A stretch of DNA of 64,000 bases from Nitrospirales bacterium (GTDB lineage Bacteria; Nitrospirota; Nitrospiria; Nitrospirales; UBA8639). The first letter of the stretch is position 1; every line of letters begins with the position of its first letter. Made by a program: the position numbers and the translations under genes. The notes beneath the pieces were generated by a model. It did not search any database. It had not been told where the DNA came from and was given only the letters and a program-made list of their open reading frames with translations. Below, one piece after another: positions 20,710 through 30,306 of the stretch. The DNA lies in NCBI GenBank assembly GCA_965203295.1, contig CBDBCZ010000019.1, positions 2,768,051 to 2,832,050 on the forward strand, in the 5' to 3' direction.

Positions 20710-21074
20710 CGTGATTTTTCTCGGAAGAGCCATGCGCCATACAGTCCCGCCACTGCAATGGTCACGAGTTCGATCGTTTGCAGAATACGACTGACCACCG
20801 CTCCTGCTTGTGGAAGGGAGAGAATAAAATGAAAACCCAAATACTCAGGTGAACTGCCAGGACCAGATTCCCAAGGTGGGAACAGAACCGCAAGGATCAA
20901 GAGGCCCATCATGATGGACAAGATTCGAATGTTTAGGGATTCTGATAAGGAACGATCTTGAGCAGTCTGAGTCACTCGTTGTCCACATCGGCTGCAAAAT
21001 CTTGCACCGGGCCTTAACTCTTGGTTGCATGACCAGCACATTGCCACGATGGATCCCTCCTTGGGCGTCTTCAA
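20706..21074 (-). CDS. Zinc-ribbon domain membrane protein
   Basis: CWSC...ARFCSRCG followed by two TM segments; the start may lie further downstream. Confidence 0.7.
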   Translation of the reverse strand: MKTPKEGSIVAMCWSCNQELRPGARFCSRCGQRVTQTAQDRSLSESLNIRILSIMMGLLILAVLFPPWESGPGSSPEYLGFHFILSLPQAGAVVSRILQTIELVTIAVAGLYGAWLFREKSR

Positions 21075-21288
21075 TCGTAAGAGAACTCAGTAACGACTCT
21101 GCCATTCCTTTCCAATCCCATTCCATTCGTATCAAGCCTACAATGGACATTACGTTTCCAAGGCCTCTTCGGCAGCTTGATACGGTGGCATTTTGGGTAA
21201 TTTGACAGCTTCCTGGGGCCTACTTATAATCCAGCGCCACACTTCCTGCCCCACTGTTTCCTTTATATTACCGCATGAAACCTTCCTT

Positions 21289-22362
21289 ATGAAACCTTCC
21301 TTGCAGAAAGTCAGAAACGTTTCTATTGTTGGTGCAGGGGCATGGGGAACAACACTTGCCCGCCATTTAGCTCAAAAGGGGCTTTTGGTAAATCTTTGGG
21401 CATTTGAGCCTGAAACCGTTGAGTCGATCAAGGCCACGCGCCAAAACTCCCTGTACCTGCCAGGGGTGTCTCTTCCTGAGAACATTCAACCTTCTTCGGA
21501 ATTGTCCGTCGTCATTCAGAATGCCGAATTGTTAATCCTGACGGTTCCATCTCATGCCATGCGGACGACGATCGAAAGCCTGTTCACCTTTGTCACTCGA
21601 CCCATCCCTACGGTCATCGCGACCAAGGGCATTGAAGAGGGTTCTTGTAAACTGATGTCGCAAGTGATCAATGATATTGTTCCTGAGGAGTGGAGTCCCT
21701 TTCTCACCGTGTTAAGCGGGCCAAGCTTTGCAACTGAAATGTGCGCCGGAAAACCAACGACGATTCTTTTGGCAGGCCAAAATTTTGATTTAATCACCCA
21801 TCTCCAATCCTTGCTCATGGCGCCGTATTTCCGAGTGTACACGGCCACAGACATCATTGGCGCTCAATTGGGTGGTGCATTAAAAAATGTCATGGCGATT
21901 GCCGCAGGAATCGTGGATGGTCTTGACCTCGGGCTCAACGCACGGGCAGCTCTCATCACACGGGGCCTTGCTGAAATGATTCGTCTCGGACTGGCAATGG
22001 GAGCGGATGTCCATACGCTCTACGGTTTATCGGGATTGGGAGACCTCGTGTTAACGTGCACGGGGAGTTTAAGTCGAAACTACACCGTGGGCTTTAAACT
22101 GGGCAGAGGCCAAACTCTAAAAGAATGCTTAAAAGATACGGCTACGGTTGCAGAAGGTGTGAGGACAGCACATGCTGCCGTGGGTCTTGCCAATCGCGTT
22201 CACGTGACGATGCCGATTGCTGAAGGAATCTGTGACATTCTGTTTGAGGGTAAAGCCCCACAGGAAACTGTCGCCCAACTGATGAACAGAGCTGCACGAG
22301 CAGAGTCTGATTCGACCATTGCCTCTCGCCGTTCTTGTTCCACCCCTCCACCAAGCGCATAA
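21289..22362 (+). CDS. gpsA: NAD(P)H-dependent glycerol-3-phosphate dehydrogenase
   Basis: GAGAWGT, ATKGIE, LSGPSFA, GGALKNV, GLGDLVLTCTGSLSRN. Confidence 0.95.
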   Translation: MKPSLQKVRNVSIVGAGAWGTTLARHLAQKGLLVNLWAFEPETVESIKATRQNSLYLPGVSLPENIQPSSELSVVIQNAELLILTVPSHAMRTTIESLFTFVTRPIPTVIATKGIEEGSCKLMSQVINDIVPEEWSPFLTVLSGPSFATEMCAGKPTTILLAGQNFDLITHLQSLLMAPYFRVYTATDIIGAQLGGALKNVMAIAAGIVDGLDLGLNARAALITRGLAEMIRLGLAMGADVHTLYGLSGLGDLVLTCTGSLSRNYTVGFKLGRGQTLKECLKDTATVAEGVRTAHAAVGLANRVHVTMPIAEGICDILFEGKAPQETVAQLMNRAARAESDSTIASRRSCSTPPPSA

Positions 22363-22364
22363 CC

Positions 22365-23120
22365 ATGGATCAGGGTCGTCTTCAGTCAATCCTCAAAGAT
22401 GTCAGAGATAAAAAAACGAGTGTTCAGAAGGCTTTGGAACAACTTCGGGTTCTTCCCTATGAAAATTTGAGTTTTGCCAAAGTGGATCATCACCGAACCC
22501 TTCGACAAGGGTTCCCCGAGGTCATTTTGTGCGAAGGAAAATCCGTGAGTCAGATCCTCGCTATCGCGAAGAGCCTCGTCAAACGCCATTCCCGGATCCT
22601 CGCCACACGAGTTGAACCTAAGGTTGCCCGCGCGTTGAAGCGGTGGAACCGCCAAGCGGTGTACAATGAGATCGCGAGGACAGTCGTGATCCCCAAGTCT
22701 TCACCAGGCACGCAAGGAGAGATTCTGATCCTCACTGCTGGTACGTCTGATATCCCCGTTGCAGAAGAAGCCAAAGTCACCGCGAATGTCATGGGAAGCC
22801 GTGTTCATACAGTTTATGATGTCGGTGTCGCTGGCCTGCATCGTGTGCTCGACCAGACAGATCAATTGCGGCAGGCACGTGTCATTATTGTTGTGGCGGG
22901 CATGGATGGGGTATTGCCAAGTGTCGTAAACGGGTTGGTTGATCGTCCTATTATCGCGGTACCCACGAGTCAGGGCTATGGGACTCATTTAGGAGGATTG
23001 GCTCCTCTCTTCACCATGCTCAACGCCTGTTCAGGAGGGATTGGGGTTGTCAATATTGACAATGGGTACGGGGCAGGGTGTCTCGCTCACCGAATCAATA
23101 TCCAGCCTCGTGAGAATTGA
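22365..23120 (+). CDS. larB: Nickel-pincer cofactor biosynthesis protein LarB
   Basis: AKVDHHR..RQGFPEV, TAGTSDIPVAEEA, DVGVAGLHR, AGMDG, VVNIDNGYGA. Confidence 0.93.
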   Translation: MDQGRLQSILKDVRDKKTSVQKALEQLRVLPYENLSFAKVDHHRTLRQGFPEVILCEGKSVSQILAIAKSLVKRHSRILATRVEPKVARALKRWNRQAVYNEIARTVVIPKSSPGTQGEILILTAGTSDIPVAEEAKVTANVMGSRVHTVYDVGVAGLHRVLDQTDQLRQARVIIVVAGMDGVLPSVVNGLVDRPIIAVPTSQGYGTHLGGLAPLFTMLNACSGGIGVVNIDNGYGAGCLAHRINIQPREN

Positions 23121-23799
23121 TGGCTTCACTCAGAGGAGACGTCGAAGCTCCAGGATATTGGGTTTCATTATCTCCGCCTTGAGGCGAATCTTCTGATTTC
23201 TGGTTGCCAGACTCTTCTTCCTTCACGTCTTCTCCTGAGTTGTCGCCGGGAACAAAGAGGAAATGCTCCCCATTTGATTCTTGAACCGGCTCAACACTTC
23301 CAACTGCTTCTGAGGATGACACCTTTAAAGAACCCCTTGCCCGCAAGGATACCATTTTAGTTCGCTGTCCTTGATCTCCGTTGCTCATAAGTTTCGCCCG
23401 AACTTCGTATTTGTAAGTCCCTGCCGCAACCAACCGGCGACTTTGATCTGTCCCGTCCCACCACAATGTGGCATAGACTCTGGGTTTTGTTCTCTTGTCA
23501 GAAAATGCGGCAACGGATTGACGGGTGGAAAGGAACCGAATGGAACGTTTGGATGGAAAACTAATGAGGGAGGACACCTCAAGCAAGTGGCCCCTTTTCA
23601 GGTTCTTAGGAAGTTCCACTTCCACCTTCATTTCCAGGAATCCCTTTCCCGGTGAATAAGGTATGGGTGAGGTGGTAATGTCGACTATCTTCAAGGGAGG
23701 GGGTGAAAACGTCCTTTTCCGTTTCGCCTCGGTCAGAGGAGACTGAAGGAAAAAGATACCCACAAAGACAAGACACAAAAATCCTAGAGGTTTACGCAT
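23095..23799 (-). CDS. Secreted hypothetical protein with a FlgD Ig-like motif
   Basis: Signal peptide; WWDGTDQSRRLVAAGTYKYEV; acidic low-complexity tail. Confidence 0.65.
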   Translation of the reverse strand: MRKPLGFLCLVFVGIFFLQSPLTEAKRKRTFSPPPLKIVDITTSPIPYSPGKGFLEMKVEVELPKNLKRGHLLEVSSLISFPSKRSIRFLSTRQSVAAFSDKRTKPRVYATLWWDGTDQSRRLVAAGTYKYEVRAKLMSNGDQGQRTKMVSLRARGSLKVSSSEAVGSVEPVQESNGEHFLFVPGDNSGEDVKEEESGNQKSEDSPQGGDNETQYPGASTSPLSEAINSHEAGY

Positions 23800-23828
23800 G
23801 ATAGAATTCCAAGTGAATTTATGATACA

Positions 23829-23948
23829 GGGTCCTGTTGAAAAAGTCCGCGAGCGAGCCTTTTTGAACAGACCTCTGGCTTGTGATGATCCATGGAATTG
23901 GTAAGATGGGATTGGCGCTCTATAATTTTTGAATTATTCAACAGTCCC
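23829..23948. repeat. Dispersed MITE-like repeat, copy 1
   Basis: Ends GGGTCCTGTTGAAAAA and TTATTCAACAGTCCC are imperfect inverted repeats; 23857-23948 is nearly identical to 38619-38709. Confidence 0.8.
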
Positions 23949-24195
23949 ATGCATCGTTTTATAATCCCGTTGATCATCGGTTTTATTGTTCGCTTACCAT
24001 AGGCTAATGCATACGTCAATGAACGCTAAAATGGCTTTTCCATGGAGTGTGATTGATAATCGTGATGTTGAAGCATGAGAAGATGTCGTCGGAAAGGACC
24101 GCGGAGTTCTCCATGCATTCGTGATTGAGGCTTGGAGTTTCACGATACACTGTCATGCAATAAGCACACCAGATATGTAAACATACGACTGAGAC

Positions 24196-25374
24196 ATGGC
24201 ACGTCATCTACATTTGGACTGTTTCTCTGGTATTAGCGGAGATATGTTTCTTGGATCGCTGATAGACGCAGGATTATCTCTGCCTGCGTTAAAACGAGGT
24301 CTTCAAGCATTGGATGTTGGTGGTTATCGGCTTCAAGCTAAAAAAGTCCATCGAGGATCCCTGAGTGCCACGAAATTTGACGTGAAAATTCGCTCAGACA
24401 AACGAAAACCATTTTCGCTCTCCCGTATTCAAAGAACCATCAAAAAAAGCGGTTTGCCTCCAGGAGTCAAAACGCAATCGCTTCATGCATTTGAGCTACT
24501 TGCTCAGGCAGAAAGAAAAGTCCATGGGATGGCACCCTCTAAGATTCATTTTCACGAAGTTGGGGTCATCGATTCCTTCGTGGATGTCGTGGGTGGCTTC
24601 TTGGGGTGCCACCTCCTTAACATCACAACGGTTTCTACTTCAGCAGTCAATATGGGCGCTGGGATTGTCGACACTGAACATGGAACTCTGCCGGTCCCTG
24701 GACCAGCCGTGGCTCACCTGGCCATACAGGTACCCGTGTTTTCCTCAGGTCCCATACAGGAACTCACGACTCCTACCGGGTTATCCCTTGTCACCACTCT
24801 GACAAAAGAGTTCACCACCTTGCCTAGAATGGTCCCTCAACGAATTGGGTATGGGGCTGGAACCCAAGATCCCCCTCATTGGCCCAATGTGCTCCGCGTG
24901 TTTCTAGGAGAACTCGCTGACATGACTTTCGTCGATGTTGACCGAGTGTTGCTTCTGGAAACAAACGTCGACGATTTAAACCCTCAGATTTATGAAGCCG
25001 TGATGGACCGTTTGTTTTCTGTAGGCGCACTTGATGTGACCCTCACACCAGTCATCATGAAGCGTGGGCGTCCCGGAATTGTCATCTCCGTTCTTGCTTC
25101 TCATCCCCATGCGGAATCTGTGATCCAAACGCTCTTTCATGAAACCAGCACGTTAGGGGTGAGAGTTCAAGAAGTGTCTCGGAGGATCCTTCCTCGAACG
25201 ATGAAATCCTTACGGCTCAAAAAAGGAACGGTTCGGGTAAAATTCGTCCAAACCGGAGACAGGGGAATCAAGTACATTCCTGAATATCAAGACTGCAAAC
25301 GTCTTGCGGAAAAAACCGGGCGTCCGGTTCGAGAGGTCATCGAGGAAGTGATTCACAGGCTTAAAATGCCCTAA
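24196..25374 (+). CDS. larC: Nickel insertase LarC
   Basis: DCFSGISGDMFLG, HFHEVG..DS..D, HGTLPVPGPA, ELTTPTG, ETNVDD, PEYQDC. Confidence 0.93.
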   Translation: MARHLHLDCFSGISGDMFLGSLIDAGLSLPALKRGLQALDVGGYRLQAKKVHRGSLSATKFDVKIRSDKRKPFSLSRIQRTIKKSGLPPGVKTQSLHAFELLAQAERKVHGMAPSKIHFHEVGVIDSFVDVVGGFLGCHLLNITTVSTSAVNMGAGIVDTEHGTLPVPGPAVAHLAIQVPVFSSGPIQELTTPTGLSLVTTLTKEFTTLPRMVPQRIGYGAGTQDPPHWPNVLRVFLGELADMTFVDVDRVLLLETNVDDLNPQIYEAVMDRLFSVGALDVTLTPVIMKRGRPGIVISVLASHPHAESVIQTLFHETSTLGVRVQEVSRRILPRTMKSLRLKKGTVRVKFVQTGDRGIKYIPEYQDCKRLAEKTGRPVREVIEEVIHRLKMP

Positions 25375-25458
25375 CGTCCAGCCTAAATTCACTCACGATC
25401 ATAATATTTCTCTAACGAAACTTTTTCATCACGACCGACTCTATCTCTCCTTAGACAT

Positions 25459-26484
25459 ATGCGACACCTGCCATTTTTAGCCTTCACGATGGGAGATCCT
25501 GCTGGCATTGGTCCTGAAATTATTATCAAGGCCATGGACCAAAAACGTATTTGGAGGGTTTGCCGTCCCTTGATTGTTGGATCCTTTTCTGTCATGGAGA
25601 AGACCCGTCGATCGTTGGAGTCTCACCTCAAGGCTATTCCCCTCAATCCGCATTCGGCTACTTCTGATCAAACGGCCTTTTCACCTGGACATCTTCCGAT
25701 ATTGGATCCTCTTCCACAGACAGCCCATTCTTATCCGAAGGGGAAAGCGGGAGCCCGCGCAGGAACTGCAGCTATTGAATGTATCAAAACAGCCGTCACT
25801 CTCGCTCGACATCATCATGTCTCAGGGATTGTGACGGCTCCAATCAATAAAGAGGCGATCAACCTTGGGGGATACCAGTACCCAGGCCATACAGAACTCT
25901 TGGCTGATCTAACTCGTTCCAGAGAAGTGGGCATGATGATTCTGGGAGGTCCACTGAAAATTCTCTTTTCAACAACCCACGTCTCCATTCGGGATCTTCC
26001 CAAAGTCCTGACTTCTCGTCGCATCAGTCGGACGATCCGGCTCGCCCACATGGCTATGCAGAAGTATTTTTCATTACCGAAACCAAGGATTGGTGTGGCT
26101 GCCCTCAATCCCCATGCCGGTGAAGAGGGTTTGTTCGGCCAGGAAGAAGGTCGCGTTATTGCTCCAGCCGTCAAAAAAGCCCAACGCGGTGGGATTGATG
26201 CGATAGGGCCACTTCCTGCTGACACATTGTTTCGGGCTGCGGCTCGTGGGGAATATGATGTTGTGGTTGCTATGTACCACGATCAAGGGCTCATTCCGCT
26301 CAAATTGCTTGCCTTTGGAAAATCCGTTAATCTCACTGTAGGGTTGCCTATTCTTCGAACATCCGTAGACCATGGAACCGCTTACGATATCGTTGGAAAA
26401 AATAAAGCTGACCCTCAAAGTCTCATCGAAGCAATAAAATTAGCCGCCAAACTAGCTGATCCCGTGGAAGACGATGCTTACTGA
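25459..26484 (+). CDS. pdxA: 4-hydroxythreonine-4-phosphate dehydrogenase
   Basis: MGDPAGIGPE, GHTE, LNPHAGE, MYHDQG, RTSVDHGTA. Confidence 0.95.
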   Translation: MRHLPFLAFTMGDPAGIGPEIIIKAMDQKRIWRVCRPLIVGSFSVMEKTRRSLESHLKAIPLNPHSATSDQTAFSPGHLPILDPLPQTAHSYPKGKAGARAGTAAIECIKTAVTLARHHHVSGIVTAPINKEAINLGGYQYPGHTELLADLTRSREVGMMILGGPLKILFSTTHVSIRDLPKVLTSRRISRTIRLAHMAMQKYFSLPKPRIGVAALNPHAGEEGLFGQEEGRVIAPAVKKAQRGGIDAIGPLPADTLFRAAARGEYDVVVAMYHDQGLIPLKLLAFGKSVNLTVGLPILRTSVDHGTAYDIVGKNKADPQSLIEAIKLAAKLADPVEDDAY

Positions 26485-26580
26485 AAACTTTGGAGCATCC
26501 GTATTCCTTTTCTCTGACGCCAGCCTCATGTTCGCCTTTGTGATTCAGCTTTTTCTCTCTCCAAGTCGTGACGAGCTTTC

Positions 26581-28020
26581 ATGATGACCAATCAGCTCAT
26601 CCAAAAGCAGAAGTCACTGACTCCATTAGATGCAAGGACCATTGCACTGGAAATACTGCAAAAAATCCAGGGAGGGAGAGGGAGGGAGAATGTTGGCTGA
26701 TGATGTGTTGGACCTCTGGTTTAACAAGGTGCCTCTCGACTCTCGAGACCAGGCTTTAGTTTTTGAGTTGGTCTACGGTGTCATGCGTTACCAGGGCACT
26801 CTTGATTGGCATCTCAGGCGAGTCATGCATTACCAGTTAGGTAAACTTCCTCTCCTTGTGGTACTAGCCCTTCGATTAGGGACGTACCAGATTTTCTACT
26901 TGAACAAAATTCCCCAATCAGCTGTCGTCAATGAGTCCGTGAATCTCGTAAAAAAACTCCTGGGGGAAAAGTGGACGGGGCTTGTGAATGCCGTCCTTCG
27001 AAATCTCCTTCGGCATCCACCACCTCCTTCTTTTCCAGATCTGACAGATGAACCCATCGATGCACTCTCTATTCGTTATTCCTGCCCTGCTTGGCTCGTG
27101 AAGCGGTGGGTGACTCAGTTTGGTATAGAGGGAGCTGAGCATGCCTGTCGTCACACTATACAGATCCCACCGATGACGCTGCGAACAAACGGACTTCATT
27201 GTTCTCGTGAGGAATTGATGAAGACATTGAGCGAAGATGGACTACTCGCAACTCCCACGGCAATTAGTCCATTAGTCCAATTGGGGTGATTATTGATAAA
27301 TGTGGGTCTTTAACACAGCTTCGCCCCCTTCAGGAAGGGTGGTGTTATGTCGAAGACGAAGCGGCTCAACTCATTCCTCTTCTCCTGGACCCTCAACCAG
27401 GCCATCGTGTCCTTGATGCCTGCTCTGCGCCTGGTGGAAAGACCACTCATATCGCCATGTTAATGAAAAATGAGGGTGAAATTGTGTCCCTGGACAAACA
27501 GACTCGTCGCTTGAAACATGTCCGAGAAAACTGTCAGCGCTTAGGAATCTCAATAGTTCAGCCCTACACCTTCGACCTTCTTAAGGAAGAACTGTCCCAC
27601 AAAGAGTCTCAATACCTCGGCATGCTTCCAGAAACCTATGATCGGATTTTGGTCGATACGCCCTGTTCGGGTTTGGGTGTGTTGAGGCGACACCCTGAAG
27701 CGAAGTGGTCACGACAGCCTGAACACCTGCCCAAACACCAAGAATTTCAGCTACGTCTCCTTCACAAAGTGTCCAGGCTCTTGAGACCTGGGGGAGTGTT
27801 AGTCTATAGTGCCTGCTCTGTAGAACCAGAGGAAAGCTCACATGTGATCTCAAGATTTTGTCGAGATCACCCTGGATTTCGCCACGAAACTGCGACTCCC
27901 TGGCTACCACCCCTCGGTCGTTCTCTCGTGAATCAGGATGGGAACCTCATGACGATGGCACCACCATACGAAATGGACTGGTTTTTTGCTGCTCGTCTTC
28001 AAAAAAAAGGGAAAGAATGA
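26581..28020 (+). pseudogene. rsmB: 16S rRNA m5C967 methyltransferase RsmB, frameshifted twice by tandem duplications
   Basis: NusB-like N-terminus, DACSAPGGKT, DTPCSGLG, VYSACS. GGGAGGGAGA twice (26670-26689) and ATTAGTCC twice (27263-27278); removing one unit of each restores a single frame. Confidence 0.92.
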
Positions 28021-28691
28021 AGTCGTCATCCGTAAAAATTGCCCCTTCCATTTTGGCAGCAGATTTTGCTCGGTTGGCTGAAGAAGTATCTGCCGTAGAG
28101 GCGGCCAGAGCAGATTGGATCCACATTGATGTCATGGATGGCCATTTTGTCCCAAACTTAACGATCGGTCCACCCATCGTCGAAGCTCTGCGACATGTCA
28201 CGGAACTTCCACTTGATGTCCATTTAATGATCACGAATCCTGATGCATTTATTCCGGATTTTGCGAAAGCTGGTGCCGATTATCTGACCGTTCATGTTGA
28301 AGCCTGTCCTCACCTCCATCGAACGCTTCAATTTATCCACGAGCAGGGAGTCAAAGCCGGCGTTACCCTCAATCCCGCCACGCCTTTGGTATCTTTGGAG
28401 GAAGTCATCCATCAGGTAGATTTGGTCTTAATCATGACCGTGAATCCAGGCTTTGGCGGCCAGCAATTCATTCCTCATTGTCTTGAGAAAATTGCTCGAG
28501 CTCGTGGGTTATTGGACAAGGCTGGTGGGCATACTGTCTTGGAGGTGGATGGGGGAGTGAAAATTGACAATGCAGGAGAAATCGTTCGAGCGGGGGCCGA
28601 CATTCTCGTGTCCGGTTCCGCGATTTTTTCCACGAAAGACTATCAAGCCACGATCCAGGCCTTCCGTTCTGCTTCCGGTGTCCAGGTGTAA
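28017..28691 (+). CDS. rpe: Ribulose-phosphate 3-epimerase
   Basis: IAPSILAADF, HIDVMDGHFVPN, VNPGFGGQ, EVDGG. Confidence 0.96.
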   Translation: MKSSSVKIAPSILAADFARLAEEVSAVEAARADWIHIDVMDGHFVPNLTIGPPIVEALRHVTELPLDVHLMITNPDAFIPDFAKAGADYLTVHVEACPHLHRTLQFIHEQGVKAGVTLNPATPLVSLEEVIHQVDLVLIMTVNPGFGGQQFIPHCLEKIARARGLLDKAGGHTVLEVDGGVKIDNAGEIVRAGADILVSGSAIFSTKDYQATIQAFRSASGVQV

Positions 28692-28699
28692 CGGAACTC

Positions 28700-30256
28700 A
28701 TGGATAGACAAACCATACTCGACAGCTTACATCCTCTGGAAGTGAACACCCTCTCGGTTTTGTGTCAGGCTCAAGCTCCACTCACCGACGAACAATTAGC
28801 CGAAAAGGGAGAACTTGACCCCTCACAGGTGAGTATGGCGATTGGCTGGCTCCAAGCCAAAACGCTCGTTCAGGTGAAATCTGAAACGCCGATAACCTTG
28901 GTCAGCCTGACAGATATCGGGAAGCGCTATAAGGATGAGCTTTCTCCTTTGGAATGGATCCTTGCGTCTATTGAGGAGAATAGAGAAAAGGGGGAACCGA
29001 TTACCGTGAAAAGCCTCCAGGACCGTGGACAATTCCTGCCAACGGAACTCAGTAGGGCAATCGGGCACCTGAAAAAGGAAGACGTGATCAGGCTCGCACC
29101 GGGAGGGATCCTGGAAACTAGCGGAACTCCTAGTCCCACTGCGGCTTCTTTACGGTCACTTCTCAACACATTGGGGGAGTCACCTCAGGTATTCGATTCC
29201 TTTCCAGCACCTTCACAAGCCATCCTTCGCCATTATTCCGTGAAACGTGGAAATTCGCACGAACCGTTTCGCATTGAAGAACGAGTAGATCGTGAGTATG
29301 GACTGACTCCTGAAGGGGAAAAAGTTGGCCAATTGTGTCGCAGGGGTCCCATCGAAGAAATTTCTCAATTAACCCCTAAAATGCTCAAAGACGGGTCCTG
29401 GCGGAATAAGCAGTTTCGCAAATATTCCATCAGTTTGCGCCCACCCCGAGTTGCGTTAGGACGTCGACACCCCTATCGCGAATTCTTAGATTCTGTGAAA
29501 CGCAAACTTGTGAGTATGGGGTTTCAGGAAATGCGAGGCCCTTTAGTTGAAACGGAATTTTGGAACATGGATGCCTTGTTTATGCCGCAATTTCATCCGG
29601 CTCGGGCCATTCATGATGTCTATTTTGTCAAAACTCCCACCTATGCTACCCACATTCCAGAACCTTTCCTCTCCCGTGTGTCCGCGGCTCATGAAAACGG
29701 AGGGTCCTCTGGCTCCACCGGCTGGAACTACAGATATGACCAAGAACGGGCGAGGCGCCTCATCTTGCGAAGCCAGGGAACAGCGGTTTCTGCGAGGACA
29801 CTAGCCGAGAATCCCGCCATTCCCGGAAAATACTTTTCCATTGCCCGATGTTTTCGTTACGACCAAGTTGATGCCACACATGCAACGGACTTTTTTCAAG
29901 TGGAAGGTATCGTGTTGGGTCAGGAGATACATTTCCAAACGCTTTTAGGCCTCTTAACCCTATTCGCGAAAGAAATGGCCCAAGCCCAAGAGAGTCGTTT
30001 TCTGCCGGCTTACTTTCCCTTTACTGAGCCGTCTGTCGAACTGCACGTTCGGCATCCTCAACTAGGATGGATGGAATTGGGTGGAGCCGGTCTCTTACGC
30101 CAAGAGGTCACCCAACCCTTAGGGGTGACCGTCCCCGTGATTGCCTGGGGTTTGGGATTAGATCGTATGGCCATGGTGGCCTTGGGCATTCATGATATCC
30201 GAGATCTCTTTTCATCTGATTTAGAGAAAATTCGAAATATGAGAGCTCAATACTAA
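28700..30256 (+). CDS. pheS: Phenylalanine-tRNA ligase alpha subunit, archaeal/eukaryotic-type long form
   Basis: 518 aa with an N-terminal winged-helix extension; LTPKMLKDGSW, FWNMDALFMPQFHPAR, YFPFTEPSVE, AWGLGLDR. Confidence 0.93.
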   Translation: MDRQTILDSLHPLEVNTLSVLCQAQAPLTDEQLAEKGELDPSQVSMAIGWLQAKTLVQVKSETPITLVSLTDIGKRYKDELSPLEWILASIEENREKGEPITVKSLQDRGQFLPTELSRAIGHLKKEDVIRLAPGGILETSGTPSPTAASLRSLLNTLGESPQVFDSFPAPSQAILRHYSVKRGNSHEPFRIEERVDREYGLTPEGEKVGQLCRRGPIEEISQLTPKMLKDGSWRNKQFRKYSISLRPPRVALGRRHPYREFLDSVKRKLVSMGFQEMRGPLVETEFWNMDALFMPQFHPARAIHDVYFVKTPTYATHIPEPFLSRVSAAHENGGSSGSTGWNYRYDQERARRLILRSQGTAVSARTLAENPAIPGKYFSIARCFRYDQVDATHATDFFQVEGIVLGQEIHFQTLLGLLTLFAKEMAQAQESRFLPAYFPFTEPSVELHVRHPQLGWMELGGAGLLRQEVTQPLGVTVPVIAWGLGLDRMAMVALGIHDIRDLFSSDLEKIRNMRAQY

Positions 30257-30306
30257 CTCCACCTGATGTGAACAGGCTTGAATGAGCCTTCTACTCTTGA
30301 ACGTCT

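Noticed and set aside
23819..24019. Similar short ORFs at 23819-24019 and 38475-38702 (NNSKI.ERQ) as a paralogous peptide family
   Set aside because: They are translations of the same dispersed DNA repeat and diverge in frame.
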